A stretch of 64,000 nucleotides of DNA from Callorhinchus milii (Eukaryota), in contig NW_024704743.1 of NCBI RefSeq assembly GCF_018977255.1, positions 111,044,001 through 111,108,000 of the forward strand. The letters are read 5' to 3'. The number at the start of each line of letters is the position of its first letter. Positions within the stretch are counted from its first letter, which is position 1. The translations under genes and the position numbers were made by a program. The notes under the pieces were generated by a model. That model was not told where the DNA came from. It saw only the letters and a program-made list of their open reading frames with translations, and did no database searches. Shown piece after piece: positions 49,425-60,570 of the stretch.

Positions 49425-50338
49425 CAGCGTGGTCCAACAGGTGGTCCTTGGGCCGCATCTGGCCCGCTGAGTGATTTTATCCGGCCTGAGATAGTTTCCA
49501 AGATTCCAACTTCCGCTCCCTCCCTCCCTTGTGAATGTCCTCTCATGGCCGTGGCAGGAACTGGCGGTTTGGAGGACGCAGCGCAGAGAGTGAAAAGTAA
49601 ACTGTCCGTTACTGCAGTGTGTACTGGAGCTGAGGGGAAGGCAAGCGAGTCTCCTTACCAACCGCGCCCTAAGCTACTGCTGGCTCCTGCCACTGCAGAC
49701 AGTGGCCCGAGTGGCTGATTGGGGGAGATAGAGAGGGGAAAGGGGAATAGATGAAGGGGAAGAGAGGTGGGGGGATAGGGGGAAGAGAGGTGAGGGGAGA
49801 GGGGAGGGAGGGGAGAGAGGGGGGGAATGGAGGAGAGAGAGGGGCGGAAGGGGGAGAGGGAGGGAGAGAGGAGGGGAATGCAGAAGGGAGGGGGGAGAGA
49901 GGAGGGGAAGCGGGAAAGGGGGAGAGAGAGGAGGAAGGGGAGAGACGCAAGGGAGGAGAGAGGGGAAGGGGCAGAGAAGGGGCAAGGGGAGAGAGGAGGG
50001 GGAAGGGGGGGAGAGGAGGAAGAGGGGGCAATGGGGAAAAAGAGGGGGAAGGGGGAGAGAGGAAGGGAAGGGAGAGAGAGGAGGGGAAGGGAGAGAGATG
50101 AGGGGCAAGGGGGGAGAGAAATGGGGAAGGGGGAGAGAGGGGAGAAGAGAAAGAGTGGGGAAGTGGGGAGAGAGAGGGGGAAGAGAGGAGAGAAAGGAGT
50201 GGGAAGAGAGGAGGGGAAAGAGAGGGGGAATAGAGGAGGGGGAAGAGAGGAGGGGGGGTAGAGGGGGAGGATGGAAGAGGCAGACATTTCTCAGATAGGG
50301 AATCCGTCCCGTAGTAACCAAAAGGTTGGACCACCCTG
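49425..50338. mobile_element. Non-autonomous hAT (Charlie-like) DNA transposon
   Basis: 14-bp TIRs CAGCGTGGTCCAAC (49425-49438) and GTTGGACCACCCTG (50325-50338), one mismatch. Subterminal gggccgcatctggcccgc...ttttatccggcc. No clear 8-bp TSD. Confidence 0.8.
49720..50282. repeat. Polypurine (GA-rich) low-complexity tract
   Basis: About 560 nt of almost pure G/A inside the hAT element. Confidence 0.95.
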
Positions 50339-51206
50339 TGACTGAAATGTAACAAATAGACATTCTGCATGAAGTGGTCTTCAAGGACTAATCAAAAAAG
50401 CACAAGGCAGTGAGGCATGTCTTATAGTGACATTGTTTAGGCAGTTGGACGAATGAATATGCCATACACAATGCATGATACATCACAGTATTACAGTGAG
50501 AGGTTACTCAATCTTCATGCTCTCCTTCATCTATTCAACCTTGCTCTTTAAATACTGAGACAGACAAATTAGGGCACCGTGGACTAAATTATCACATGCA
50601 TATCATTTACATTATAAATGTAATGTGCACTGATTCCGACAAGGGCTGGGTCTATTTGCATGTATTCATTAGGCTAATCATCACAAGAGAGGCCATTAAG
50701 ATGTAAGTTCACTTTGTGACAAATTAAAATAAAGATATTATAGCAATGGGGGTAATTATACTGGCTGCAATGTTCTGATAGATCTGGTGATTATTCATCT
50801 TGTGTGACTTTAAAATATGGAGATAGTATTCTGGAGTTCCTCGGACTCCCTCCCTCCCTCCCACCCACCCACGTTCAAGGCACATTTCAAAAACGTATCT
50901 CTTTGACAGCACTTTCGGTCACAACTCCCGTCCCCAGAACTTTCAGTTATTCAGCCTCTACTTTCTACTGCCTTCTCTTTCTGCCTTCACAACCTTAGTT
51001 AAAAAAGATATCTTTTCATCTTGCCTGTAAACAATTACTTTAAGTGCTCCACGATGTTACCCCCTGTGAAGGGCACTATTTAAATGGAATTTGTTGTGAT
51101 GTACTTTACTCCCTGCTCAGTGATCCCCACAACTTCTGTGAACTGCTTCGAGACATCCATCCAAGGTGAGAGATACACCATGCAAATGCAGGTTGTTGCT
51201 ATTTAC

Positions 51207-51382
51207 CTTCCTCCTATCTTCAGCAGCCTCAAGCTTCTTCTGGATCTCATCCAGGGAGAGATCCTTCTTAGGAGGTGACAGAGCACGGTCCAGCACTGGA
51301 GCTGCTTCAGGAGAAGGTGGCTTTAAGATCACCTCAAAGGACTGACCTGAGGCACGCTTGTTGATTTGCTTAACTTCCATGT
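51207..51382 (-). CDS. STMN2: Stathmin-2 exon 3
   Basis: tttctccag|(D)[58 protein letters not shown]|gtaaat; 176 nt. Confidence 0.95.
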
Positions 51383-51559
51383 CTGGAGAAAAAAAATCAT
51401 GTATTGTAAATAGGTGCACAGGCATCTTGTAAGAGAATCTCTGAGGTTTTAACATACAGCAAATCCAAACAGGATTCCTTATTATGGAATCCAAATGGTG
51501 AGGACTTTCGGGAACTGGATGTATATCACTTGTGCTATGCCCGACCTGCGGTAATACTA

Positions 51560-51856
51560 CTAATAATAATAATCCTTGCATTTGATATAGCGCTTTTCAC
51601 GTCTTCTCGACATCTCAAAGCGCTGTAAAGTGAATTAACTGTATATTTGTGGGCAAAACGAGGCAGCCAATTGTGCACAGCAGTGTCCCACAAACAGTCC
51701 TGGATTGAAAATGACCAATTTATTATTTTTTTTGGAGGGATTATTATTAGGTGTGTGGAGTAAGGAAACTTGCCCAAGGTTTCGCCCTGCCCGGAATTGA
51801 ACCCAGGTGTCTCGCTTGCAAGGCAAGTGCTCTAACCACTGAGCTACAGGACTCCA
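51560..51856 (-). mobile_element. Full-length Deu SINE, short subtype
   Basis: Intact tRNA-Ala-like head with A/B boxes; small internal deletion near the tail. Confidence 0.93.
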
Positions 51857-51989
51857 AAAGTAGTTCCTGTGAATTGGCACGAGACTCCAGGTATATTTAT
51901 TGAGGAATAACACACTCTTCAACCCTCTGAGATCCCCTGGTCTCAGTAGATGGGTCTGCAGTACTCCTGAGTACTGTTCATGGCAGACA

Positions 51990-52170
51990 GGCCAGCCTGC
52001 CTCAGTGGTCACTGGGGGCAGATTCTCATCAGCTTCTGTTACCTTGCAAGCTAAAGGTGTAATGATGGGGTGGTCCTAGCTGAACAAGCATTGGGAAGCT
52101 TGCAGGCAATGTTTATGATGGCAAGCAATATGGTTTAATGTGGTTAAACTCTAGTAATTACCACAATGCC
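51990..52170 (+). repeat. Unidentified interspersed repeat, copy 3
   Basis: cagcttctgttaccttgcaagcta...gggtggtcctagctgaacaagc...ggcaagcaatatggttt...tggttaaactc. Confidence 0.7.
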
Positions 52171-52450
52171 TACAGACAGCACAAAGTAAAGATTGCTGAG
52201 AATGCAATGTTGCTCTCTCGCTTTCCTCTGTGGGTACTTGTACATGATTTTGGACTTGTGCCAACTATGGCAGATGTGAAGAATGTCCAGGCATCTGAGT
52301 GACGCTCAAAAGTGTAATATAAAAACAGGATAAAACAATCAACTTAAACCACAAGAAATTGTGTTCCCATCAGTGAACAATTGTGAACCATTAAAATCAA
52401 GAAGAAGTTGACATCAATTGCATGTCAACTAGAGATCACCGATGACTCAC

Positions 52451-52546
52451 CATCATAGCTGTAAAGGGTGGTAGCATGTGGTTCAGAATAAAAGCAGGAA
52501 CATATCAGCGAGAGCATAGAGAGCTCCTTCATTTTCTCTTTGTAAG
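52451..52546 (-). CDS. STMN2: Stathmin-2 exon 2 (membrane-targeting domain with palmitoylation cysteines)
   Basis: tttattacag|(A)YKEKMKELSMLSLICSCFYSEPHATTLYSYD(D)|gtgagt; 96 nt; in frame with exon 3. Not in the supplied ORF list. Confidence 0.95.
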
Positions 52547-52779
52547 CTGTAATAAAGCAGAGCACAAAGTCATTTGAGGAGAAACTCAATTTCTTCGGAT
52601 GACACCAAGTGTAATGACTTCACAGCTGAAACACAGTGGAATGAGACAGTTCAGAGCAGAAGCTGTTGCTGATATAAATGACAACTGACTTGCAAAATTA
52701 ATTTGATAATCGACTCAATGAGAATTCACGTAAATTTCAGAACCATTTTATTATGTGCTCATGTTTTATCTATTTGCTT

Positions 52780-53050
52780 AAAATCTTTCAGCCATTTTGC
52801 TCCCCCTCCCACCCCCTCTGGAGTTCTATCCCACAGACCCTCTGCCTTGCTCCTCCCTCTCCACTTTCAATGCCTGCCTCAAAACTTACCTCTTTGAACA
52901 TGATTTTGGTCATTCCCCCTTCCCTTTCAAGCCTCCTTCCCCCACCCTCCCCCATCCCTTTTCAAGTGTTCTTCTCCCCCACTTCCCTGGCTTAGTAGCC
53001 CAGCGAACTGTGTAAAGCACTTTGAGACGTCTTCCTGAAATGAAAGGCTC
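52780..53050 (+). mobile_element. L2 LINE 3' fragment, degraded
   Basis: ctttcagcc...ctctggagttct...ctcaaaacttacctctttgaacatg...tgtaaagcactttgagacgtc. Confidence 0.75.
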
Positions 53051-53616
53051 TGAGAATCTTAATCATATTGTAATAGTTAGGATCAGTTACATCAGGATGA
53101 AGATATTAATAAATATGAACAAGATGTAGCATTTGTTCCTATGAAAAACTTTTGAGCATTTTACACAAAGAGAAAAGAAATGTAGGAATGAATACATTAA
53201 CGTGACAATGGGGTCTAAATTGCAGGTTGGACTATTAGCCCATGAGCTAACTGTGTTCAACCACATGTCTGTGCCCTTAATTCTGCAGTTAACCAATGAG
53301 GAAGATTACAGAATCACATGGAATCCTTTTCTTTGGTGGATGATTACATAAGTAAAGGGCACTTGTTTATGTTTGAACATGGTTAACCCATGGTTAACCT
53401 CCACTTAGCCTCTTCCCAATAAATATTTACTTTTTTATTCTGAAATGTGTGTTTTTCCCTCAGACTCCCCAGGCCATCAATTAGGAACAATAAAGGGGAA
53501 GCCCCCTTCTCATGCCAATGGCAGTCTGAACAGGGAGGTGTGTAAGTGTCTTTTCTATTTTACTCTGTCAGTGGCAAATGTTTTCCGCCTTTAACTACTC
53601 ACTGTTTGGCTCAGAT

Positions 53617-53840
53617 CAACAACAACAACCACAAGATTGCATTTATAGAGCGCCTTTCACGTCGGGAGGACGTCCCAAGGTGCTGGACGGTTGGATCGGG
53701 ACCCGAGCAGGGGGGATCTGGTTAGGGTGAGGGGAGGGAAGGGAGGGAGCGAGGAGGGGGTAGAGAGTCGAGAGGGGAGCTGAAGGCACGGTTGAAGAGA
53801 AAGGTCTTGAGACCGGCCTTGAAGGAGGAAAGGGAGGAAT
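53617..53840 (-). mobile_element. L2 LINE 3' end
   Basis: (CAA)n tail plus gcatttatagagcgcctttcacgtcgggaggacgtcccaagg...gcacggttgaagagaaaggtcttgagaccggccttgaag. Confidence 0.9.
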
Positions 53841-54758
53841 CTGCAATCACCACTCCCTTGCTCTATACCTATTTGTCCCAATACAGCTGTTCTCAACCCA
53901 CTACCACTCTGCCCTGCCACAGTGATAGGGCTGACCACTGTCTGGCCATTTCTTACTCGATTGCTTGGTTCCCTCCTCCATGAATCATTTACCTCACTTT
54001 CAGGCTTATTATTCAGTGAGTAGGAGAGGACTTTGATTCAGTGAGTCTGACAAGGTTCTGGGTCACAAGTTCATTCAGCAACTCGGATAGAAAATTTCGC
54101 TTAGAAAGTCGTGTGATTTGAAGGTTTAACTTCTATAAGTGCGATAACCATCCTGTCTTTTCATCGCTACAGATCATGATTCTTTGTATTGTAGTACGTC
54201 TAACATTAAATATGGTGGACTGGTCAATACTGTTAATATATGGCCTATTTCAAAAATACTGTAGAATGTGTAAATATTTAATTTGGATTTTGCTTGAAGT
54301 CTCAACAAGCGACCTTGAAAAAGCAAGGCGACTGTTCAACATGTGCCATTTGTCAGCCTGACGCACATCAATGAGTCATCAGAAAATGTCGACAAAAATC
54401 AATTTCTTGTCTAGGAAAGCTGATGCTATCAATACCTTACTAGCAAGTTAATACTCACCAACTCTTCATGTTTGCACCAGAGTCTTATTCCACTGTGCTT
54501 GATATATATTTAAAACAAATTAAATATGGTTTAGGGGTGACCCATTCTTCTCTGCAGCAATTCTCATCAACCACTCAGCCCCTCATGAGACACTAAACTA
54601 CTTCAGACCAGTCCTAGACATCCGTTGAAACAGAGGTTTGCTAATGCCTTAAAGTCCTTCAGAGAATTTTCAAGCCTGGTTGATTTATAAGTTAATGGTG
54701 ATTTACAACAGTAAGCCATGTTTAATGGTTATTTGACTGAAACACATGAACACAAGCT

Positions 54759-54868
54759 TTACACCAAGAGACATGGGGGAGAATAACTAACACCAACAAT
54801 TCTACATTTAATGCATGAAAGAGATGTAAAGTTATTGTTTGTTATTCTCTCCATGTTGCTTGGTGTAA
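54759..54868. repeat. Long imperfect inverted repeat (hairpin)
   Basis: Left arm ttacaccaagagacatgggggagaataactaaca...ctacat versus reverse complement of right arm ttacaccaagcaacatggagagaataacaaaca...ttacat. Confidence 0.85.
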
Positions 54869-56449
54869 GACGTGGGTCTGTTTTTCCATCATTGGACAAG
54901 CTTCATTATGTTTACAAATCTCCTCCCTACATCCAAGCTCCATGTATCAACACAAAGTCACATTGTCTATTACTGCCCTATTCTTTCTAAAGACTTTAAG
55001 GCTAACGTTCTGGAAACTCTTTATTTCTTCCAATTAATCTATTGACTTTTAAAACACAAGCATTGCATCATTCAACTACATCTACTTGACTTATTCATTT
55101 GCTATTCAGGTGATAGTACCTGCTCTATGGAACTTAACACTTCACTTGGACTCTTACATTTATGGACTTGAGTGACTGACTAGGTTGCTTGGCGCTCCTT
55201 GGCTATCATTGCAGGAGTTCAGAGCAGCACATTCTGACAGACATATCAGCTTTCACAGCTAGTTAGGTTATTCTCAAGGATATACTTTGGATGCCTCAAA
55301 GACAAGTGCACTCCCTTGCAGAAATATATCCAACATAAATGCTCAGTTTTGTGAAGAGCATTTTATACAATCACGAATGCTTGTTAAATGATGGTGTCAC
55401 TTTCAACAACAAAAAACAACAAAATTACATTTGTATATCACTTTTCACATCGGGAGGGCATCCCAAGGTGCCAAAGCTTGTCAATAACACAAGCTATTCT
55501 TTCTCCCATATGTAGCACTAAGAGCATGTAACTACGCTATTTTGGAATAAAAGCTGTATTATGTCTTTTTTATTTATTACTCAGGAGTAAAATAACTATC
55601 ATGTTCCACCAGCAAAGCACATCTGAAATATTGCCTCTAATAAACCATTTTGTTCATTATGTGCTATCTATTAGACTGATAATAATTATGATCTAATTTA
55701 TGACTGAGAACTTAACAGTAAATCTGTCATATTTAATAGACAATCATTGACACTTTCAATTGGCCATTTAGATCATTTTGTTCAATCATTCTAACCATTA
55801 CACTTTAAACTATCTTTTATATAAGATTACATCCAATTTGCAACTTTTCCCAATTGTCCTTCGAATTAATATATTCGTTAAACGCATCTTCCCATTGAGT
55901 CAAAGGTACATTTGAACCTCTCACCAGACCATTCTCTAATCTGTGTGTTGATATCTACACACACAGTACATCTGTCTGGTGGTCTAAATGTCATGCAGTA
56001 ATAATGGAACAATGATCTTTGCCATGAATAATGCAAATGAATCACCATGCTTCAAATGACAGTGTATCCATTCACATCATCAATGCTGCCAAATCTTGAA
56101 TATCTATTTGGTTGAGTAGTGCTTTTTGGTAATTTAATGCAATATTTGATATCATTGTAGTAAAAATATAATTTGTTTAGCACCATTTCTGGTTGAGATA
56201 CCTTTCACTGCACCATAAATATATACAATTTACATTAATAGCTCGGATACCATTCTGCAACGTCAGATGGTGAGTTTGTTTTCATAGTCGAGACATACGG
56301 AGATTCAGCAGGTAAAAGGAGCAAATTTAGCACCTAGCAGTATGGTGCTACCTGACTAATGCCTAGTGCGTCAAGGTCTTATTATTAGTACACCTGCCAG
56401 CATTCTCTGAAAGCAAGTTCAAATGGATAGGGAATTGCTGATGGCAACC

Positions 56450-56725
56450 CAGCCAGCCTGGCTCATCAATAGGTGTCGGAGGAGCAGAGCGCTCACTGGG
56501 GACAGGGAATGTTCATACTCAGCTCCTGTTAACCCTGGAAACTACAGCCCTAATAAGTAGGGTGGTACCAGCTGGACAAGCAGAGTGAAGCTTGCCAGAT
56601 AGTACTTTAAATTGCAAGCTACGTGGTTTTAGCTGGTTAAACTCCAGTGGTATCCCAACGTAAATGGAGCCTTGGCTCCTGGCAATCTATGTCTAATACT
56701 TTCAGGAATTAGGTGAGCAGGGTGC
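56450..56725 (+). repeat. Unidentified interspersed repeat, copy 4 (longest)
   Basis: Overlaps the other three copies. Confidence 0.8.
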
Positions 56726-57984
56726 ATAAATAAGGATTTATTATTTAAGTTCAACCTTACCTTCATCCGACTGTCAACCACATGCCCCTTCCTGCCTCCG
56801 TAGGACTTTACACATGAAATTGCCAGCAGCAATTAGTTCCATTTACATTATAGAATACTGTAAATATTCAAGATTTTTCCTCTTCAGACACGTGATCTTA
56901 TGGGGGCAGATGCATTTGTCTTGTGTGTTGGGCTGCAGTGGTATCGGTTGTAATTGCATTTGTCTAAGTGAAGGCTTCTCCCAGTGGAGTCCAAAAAATG
57001 ATTGATGAATGTATATCCTTCTAAAACAATAAGATTAACCTGCATCCATTGAAAATTCTCAACCATTTATACTTTGTACGTGCCTATATGTACAAAGCCA
57101 CTACATTTTAAGGTAAATCCTGCTAAGAATATTGAAATGATTCAATGGCGTGTTGAGGTGCAATATCGAATAGAAGAATTTATTATACTGCATTTTATTA
57201 ATTTAATACCACATTGGCATGAAACACTTAAGAAACCTTCTAATAATTCAGCCTTTGATAACCACGGTAATCACCCAACTCACAGAAGAGTCCCCTGAGA
57301 TTTCCAAACTGTGAGTAGAATATAAATTGTCATTCTGAAAGGGTGTTACAGTTAGATTCTCTGTATTTTATGGCCAAAGGAATTTGATTTATAATAAATT
57401 CAATATTACAATGGGCTACCTACTCTGGCTTAGTTATTGTATTCTATGTGCATTATGATTCAGTGCCGTAATCACAGCGCAGTTTGCACTAAACATAGAA
57501 CACCTGGCATGGCAGTGCAAATCTGAAGAAGCCCATGAGACAGATTACTCATTTCAATAGACAAGCAATGTACAAGCGGGATTGTCTCAGTGGCTTAAAC
57601 GCTAGTTATAACCACATTACAAATGCCTCAGCAAATAAGGTTTTGTAAGCTACACCTTATGCAACGCCCTACAACTGAATGTCAGGTTGGCGAAAGGACT
57701 GCCTCCTCACAATGCCAGGAGTTTAAGCATTATTTATTGTAGGGATTTCTTTTTTTCTCTTTCTTCTTCATTATGTGTTATTTATTACATTGGCATCAAC
57801 TAGGATCTAATTTATGACTTGGAACCTAATCTAAGGATTTTTTTCCAATGATACTTCAACTGAATATATACTAAAACCTCAAAACCAATGGACCAATGTG
57901 GGGCGAGTGACTAGAGTCGGTCTGGCTGACAAATGCCAGTAAACGCTTTGTTTGAATCCCGTGAGCAAAAGATAGCAAATAAGC

Positions 57985-58085
57985 TATGCCCAACATTTCA
58001 TCCTGCCTGGGAATCAAACCCAGGTCCTCCAGGTCAAGGTTTGCTTGCGAGGCGAGTGCTGTAACCACTAAGCTACAGGACTCCA
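57985..58085 (-). mobile_element. SINE tRNA head only
   Basis: Minus strand reads tggagtcctgtagcttagtggttacagcactcgcctcgcaagc...ctgggtttgattcccaggcagg. Confidence 0.85.
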
Positions 58086-60334
58086 ATATAAAATGAAATA
58101 ATTCCAAACAACTTGAGGTGCTGTCAAAAAGATCCATTGCACAAACTCTTAATTTCCACTCTTCTGCTGAGCACAATGGTAACGTCAATTCAATTTCTTA
58201 TCTGATCTGCTTGGCATTTTTGTTCTAAAAGCATTTATAGATTTCCCAAGTAGATCAATTCTCACTTCTCATGTTAGCTCTGGGTACGTGGTGGTCACTG
58301 AATTTTACTTGTGAGATACAGTGTTATTCCTCACGGATAGACTGAAATGCCATCCCTCAACTTAACCCAGATCTGTCAGCAAAGACATTTTCATTTTATG
58401 AGGTTTATAGGAGAGAGAGAGCTCAGGACTAAAGTATCTCTGAGAGAAGCCAAATACAAGTATATTGCATTACTTTGCAAATATACCAATGATTCACATA
58501 ATTCTATTCCACAATCAACGAAGAAGAATGAGGCCCATAGCTGTTATTGAAACGAAACCACAAGTGCATAACAGGACATATTTTTCTGTCAAGTCTGGTA
58601 TGAATGGTTCCAGAAACATATTACAATACTTAATGCACTCAAATGATCCATAAATCTTTTTTGAGAATGCAATTTTGTTTTAAACCTTTCTTACTGAAAA
58701 TCTGATGGGCACCCACTCACCATTATTAAAATATAATGCTTTAAGGATTTTCTTTTTGCTGCTTTATAAAGTTTTGAATTAAAGGTTTGAGTCGTGAAAT
58801 TTCCATGGTTCTTAGTCTTTGGGTGAAAGTCTCAAATCTTGTGATGGTGAAAACAAATTCAGTCTTAATTTGGAAGTTGATTTTTTGCAGCATCTTTTAA
58901 GAGAATTGCGGACATCTGTTGTCTTTCACAATGACATTTCAGTCAAAAAAAGGTAATTAGTTAACATATTTAAATCAAATGATTTTATTCAAAGGTGATA
59001 GCATATATGAACATTTAAGAAATTAGGCCAAAATTTAGTGCTGAAAATAGTAAAAAGAACGTTTCTTTTTTAAATTGTAGAGTAAAAATCATAAAACAAT
59101 ATAAATGCTTAGAAAAAGAAATATAAAAGGATACTGAAGGAGATTGCCTTAAGATTGGGGAAAACCATTAACACAAACTTGATGGTGAAGTATGGTGTAT
59201 TTCTGGGCTATAACATTGTGTGAATCTGAATGCACGTATGTAGTGGTGAATGTGTATGTATTTGGGGAAGGGGAAGAGAAAGTGAGAGGAAGAGTGAGAG
59301 ATAGAAAGATAACAAGAGCGAAGAAGAGTGAGAAAGAGCAAGAGGAAGAAAAAATGAGAGACAGAGAGACAGCAAGAGAGAGCTCACGAAAGAGTGGGTG
59401 ACTCAGAACTATTAAATAATCAATTCCTTCTCTTTGAATATGGAAATGTGGTTCTCATCTGGGGATAATGACCTTCTCACTGATGTCAATCAGAATCCAG
59501 TCTATAAGGAGATAAATTTCAATAATAATTATTCTAATCTGTTGGGTTTTCCATTTATCCATTGTACTTTCTCTGACCGACATTTCTAAGAATTGTCTTA
59601 ATGCTTTTTCGAATATGCGTAATGATTTTTCTCCTTGGTTAGATTGTATTACACTGAAACGGGATGAACAATGCTAATGTTTTCAAGAAGGTAATCTATA
59701 AATATGCTAATTCACGACTAGGAAAGGGAATGCTCTCTTATTAAAAAGGCTAATTGATAATAGGATATATCAAAGCAGTTCCTTTTTTTTGTTATACAAA
59801 GCTGTACTACCTGCCTTTAGTTAGAAAACAAAAATAATTTTGACTGATGGATTTTAAGGTTAGAAGTCTGGGGTAGACACACCCATCATATGCTGGAATG
59901 TTACTATGTGCTTAAAGCTACAAAAGTATCACCTTAGTGTTTGGCTCTTGTAGAAAACAATAAATAAGGTACTGAGTTAAGACTGGGCTGATAGGCGTGC
60001 AAACTAGAGGGGTGAAAATATGTCAATAGTAACAGGAGTCTTAAACCCAACTCTGGGTCACAAATAACTACTCATGTTGGTAACTTAATACAGTACTTAG
60101 CATTTATTGATGTTACCAGTAAAAAATTATACTATTGTATTGATTGTATATGATCACTGAGGGCATGACCTGAAGACGATCTTGCCTTTGTGATTTGCAT
60201 GGTTTCTCTCTGGCTACCAGTAAGTATAGACAGAGACATGGACAGTCATGGTATTAAGGGGTATAATGAAAGGGTGGAAGCATTGGGATTAAAATATCTA
60301 ACAAGACTTAATAAACTGGTGGAATGGATATTCT

Positions 60335-60570
60335 GCCCTGGGACTCTGGTACTCCAACCTAGAGTCCTTCCAAAACATACCCTCCCTCCCCACTTTCAAA
60401 TCCCGCTTCAAGACTTACCTCTTTGATTGTACTTTGAGTCATCTTTCCTCCCCTGCAGCCCCTCTTTGGCTCCATTACCCCCTCCCCTAACCCGCCCCGT
60501 GCGGCCCAGCCAGCTTTAAAGGCTTTTGAGAGAACCTCTCAATGTGAAAGCCACTATATAAATATGAATC
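60335..60570 (+). mobile_element. L2 LINE 3' fragment, degraded
   Basis: ctttcaaatcccgcttcaagacttacctctttga...aatgtgaaagccactatataaat. Confidence 0.7.

Noticed and set aside
49655..50384. Pro/Leu/Ser-rich and Gly/Glu/Arg-rich ORFs
   Set aside because: Translations of the polypurine tract.
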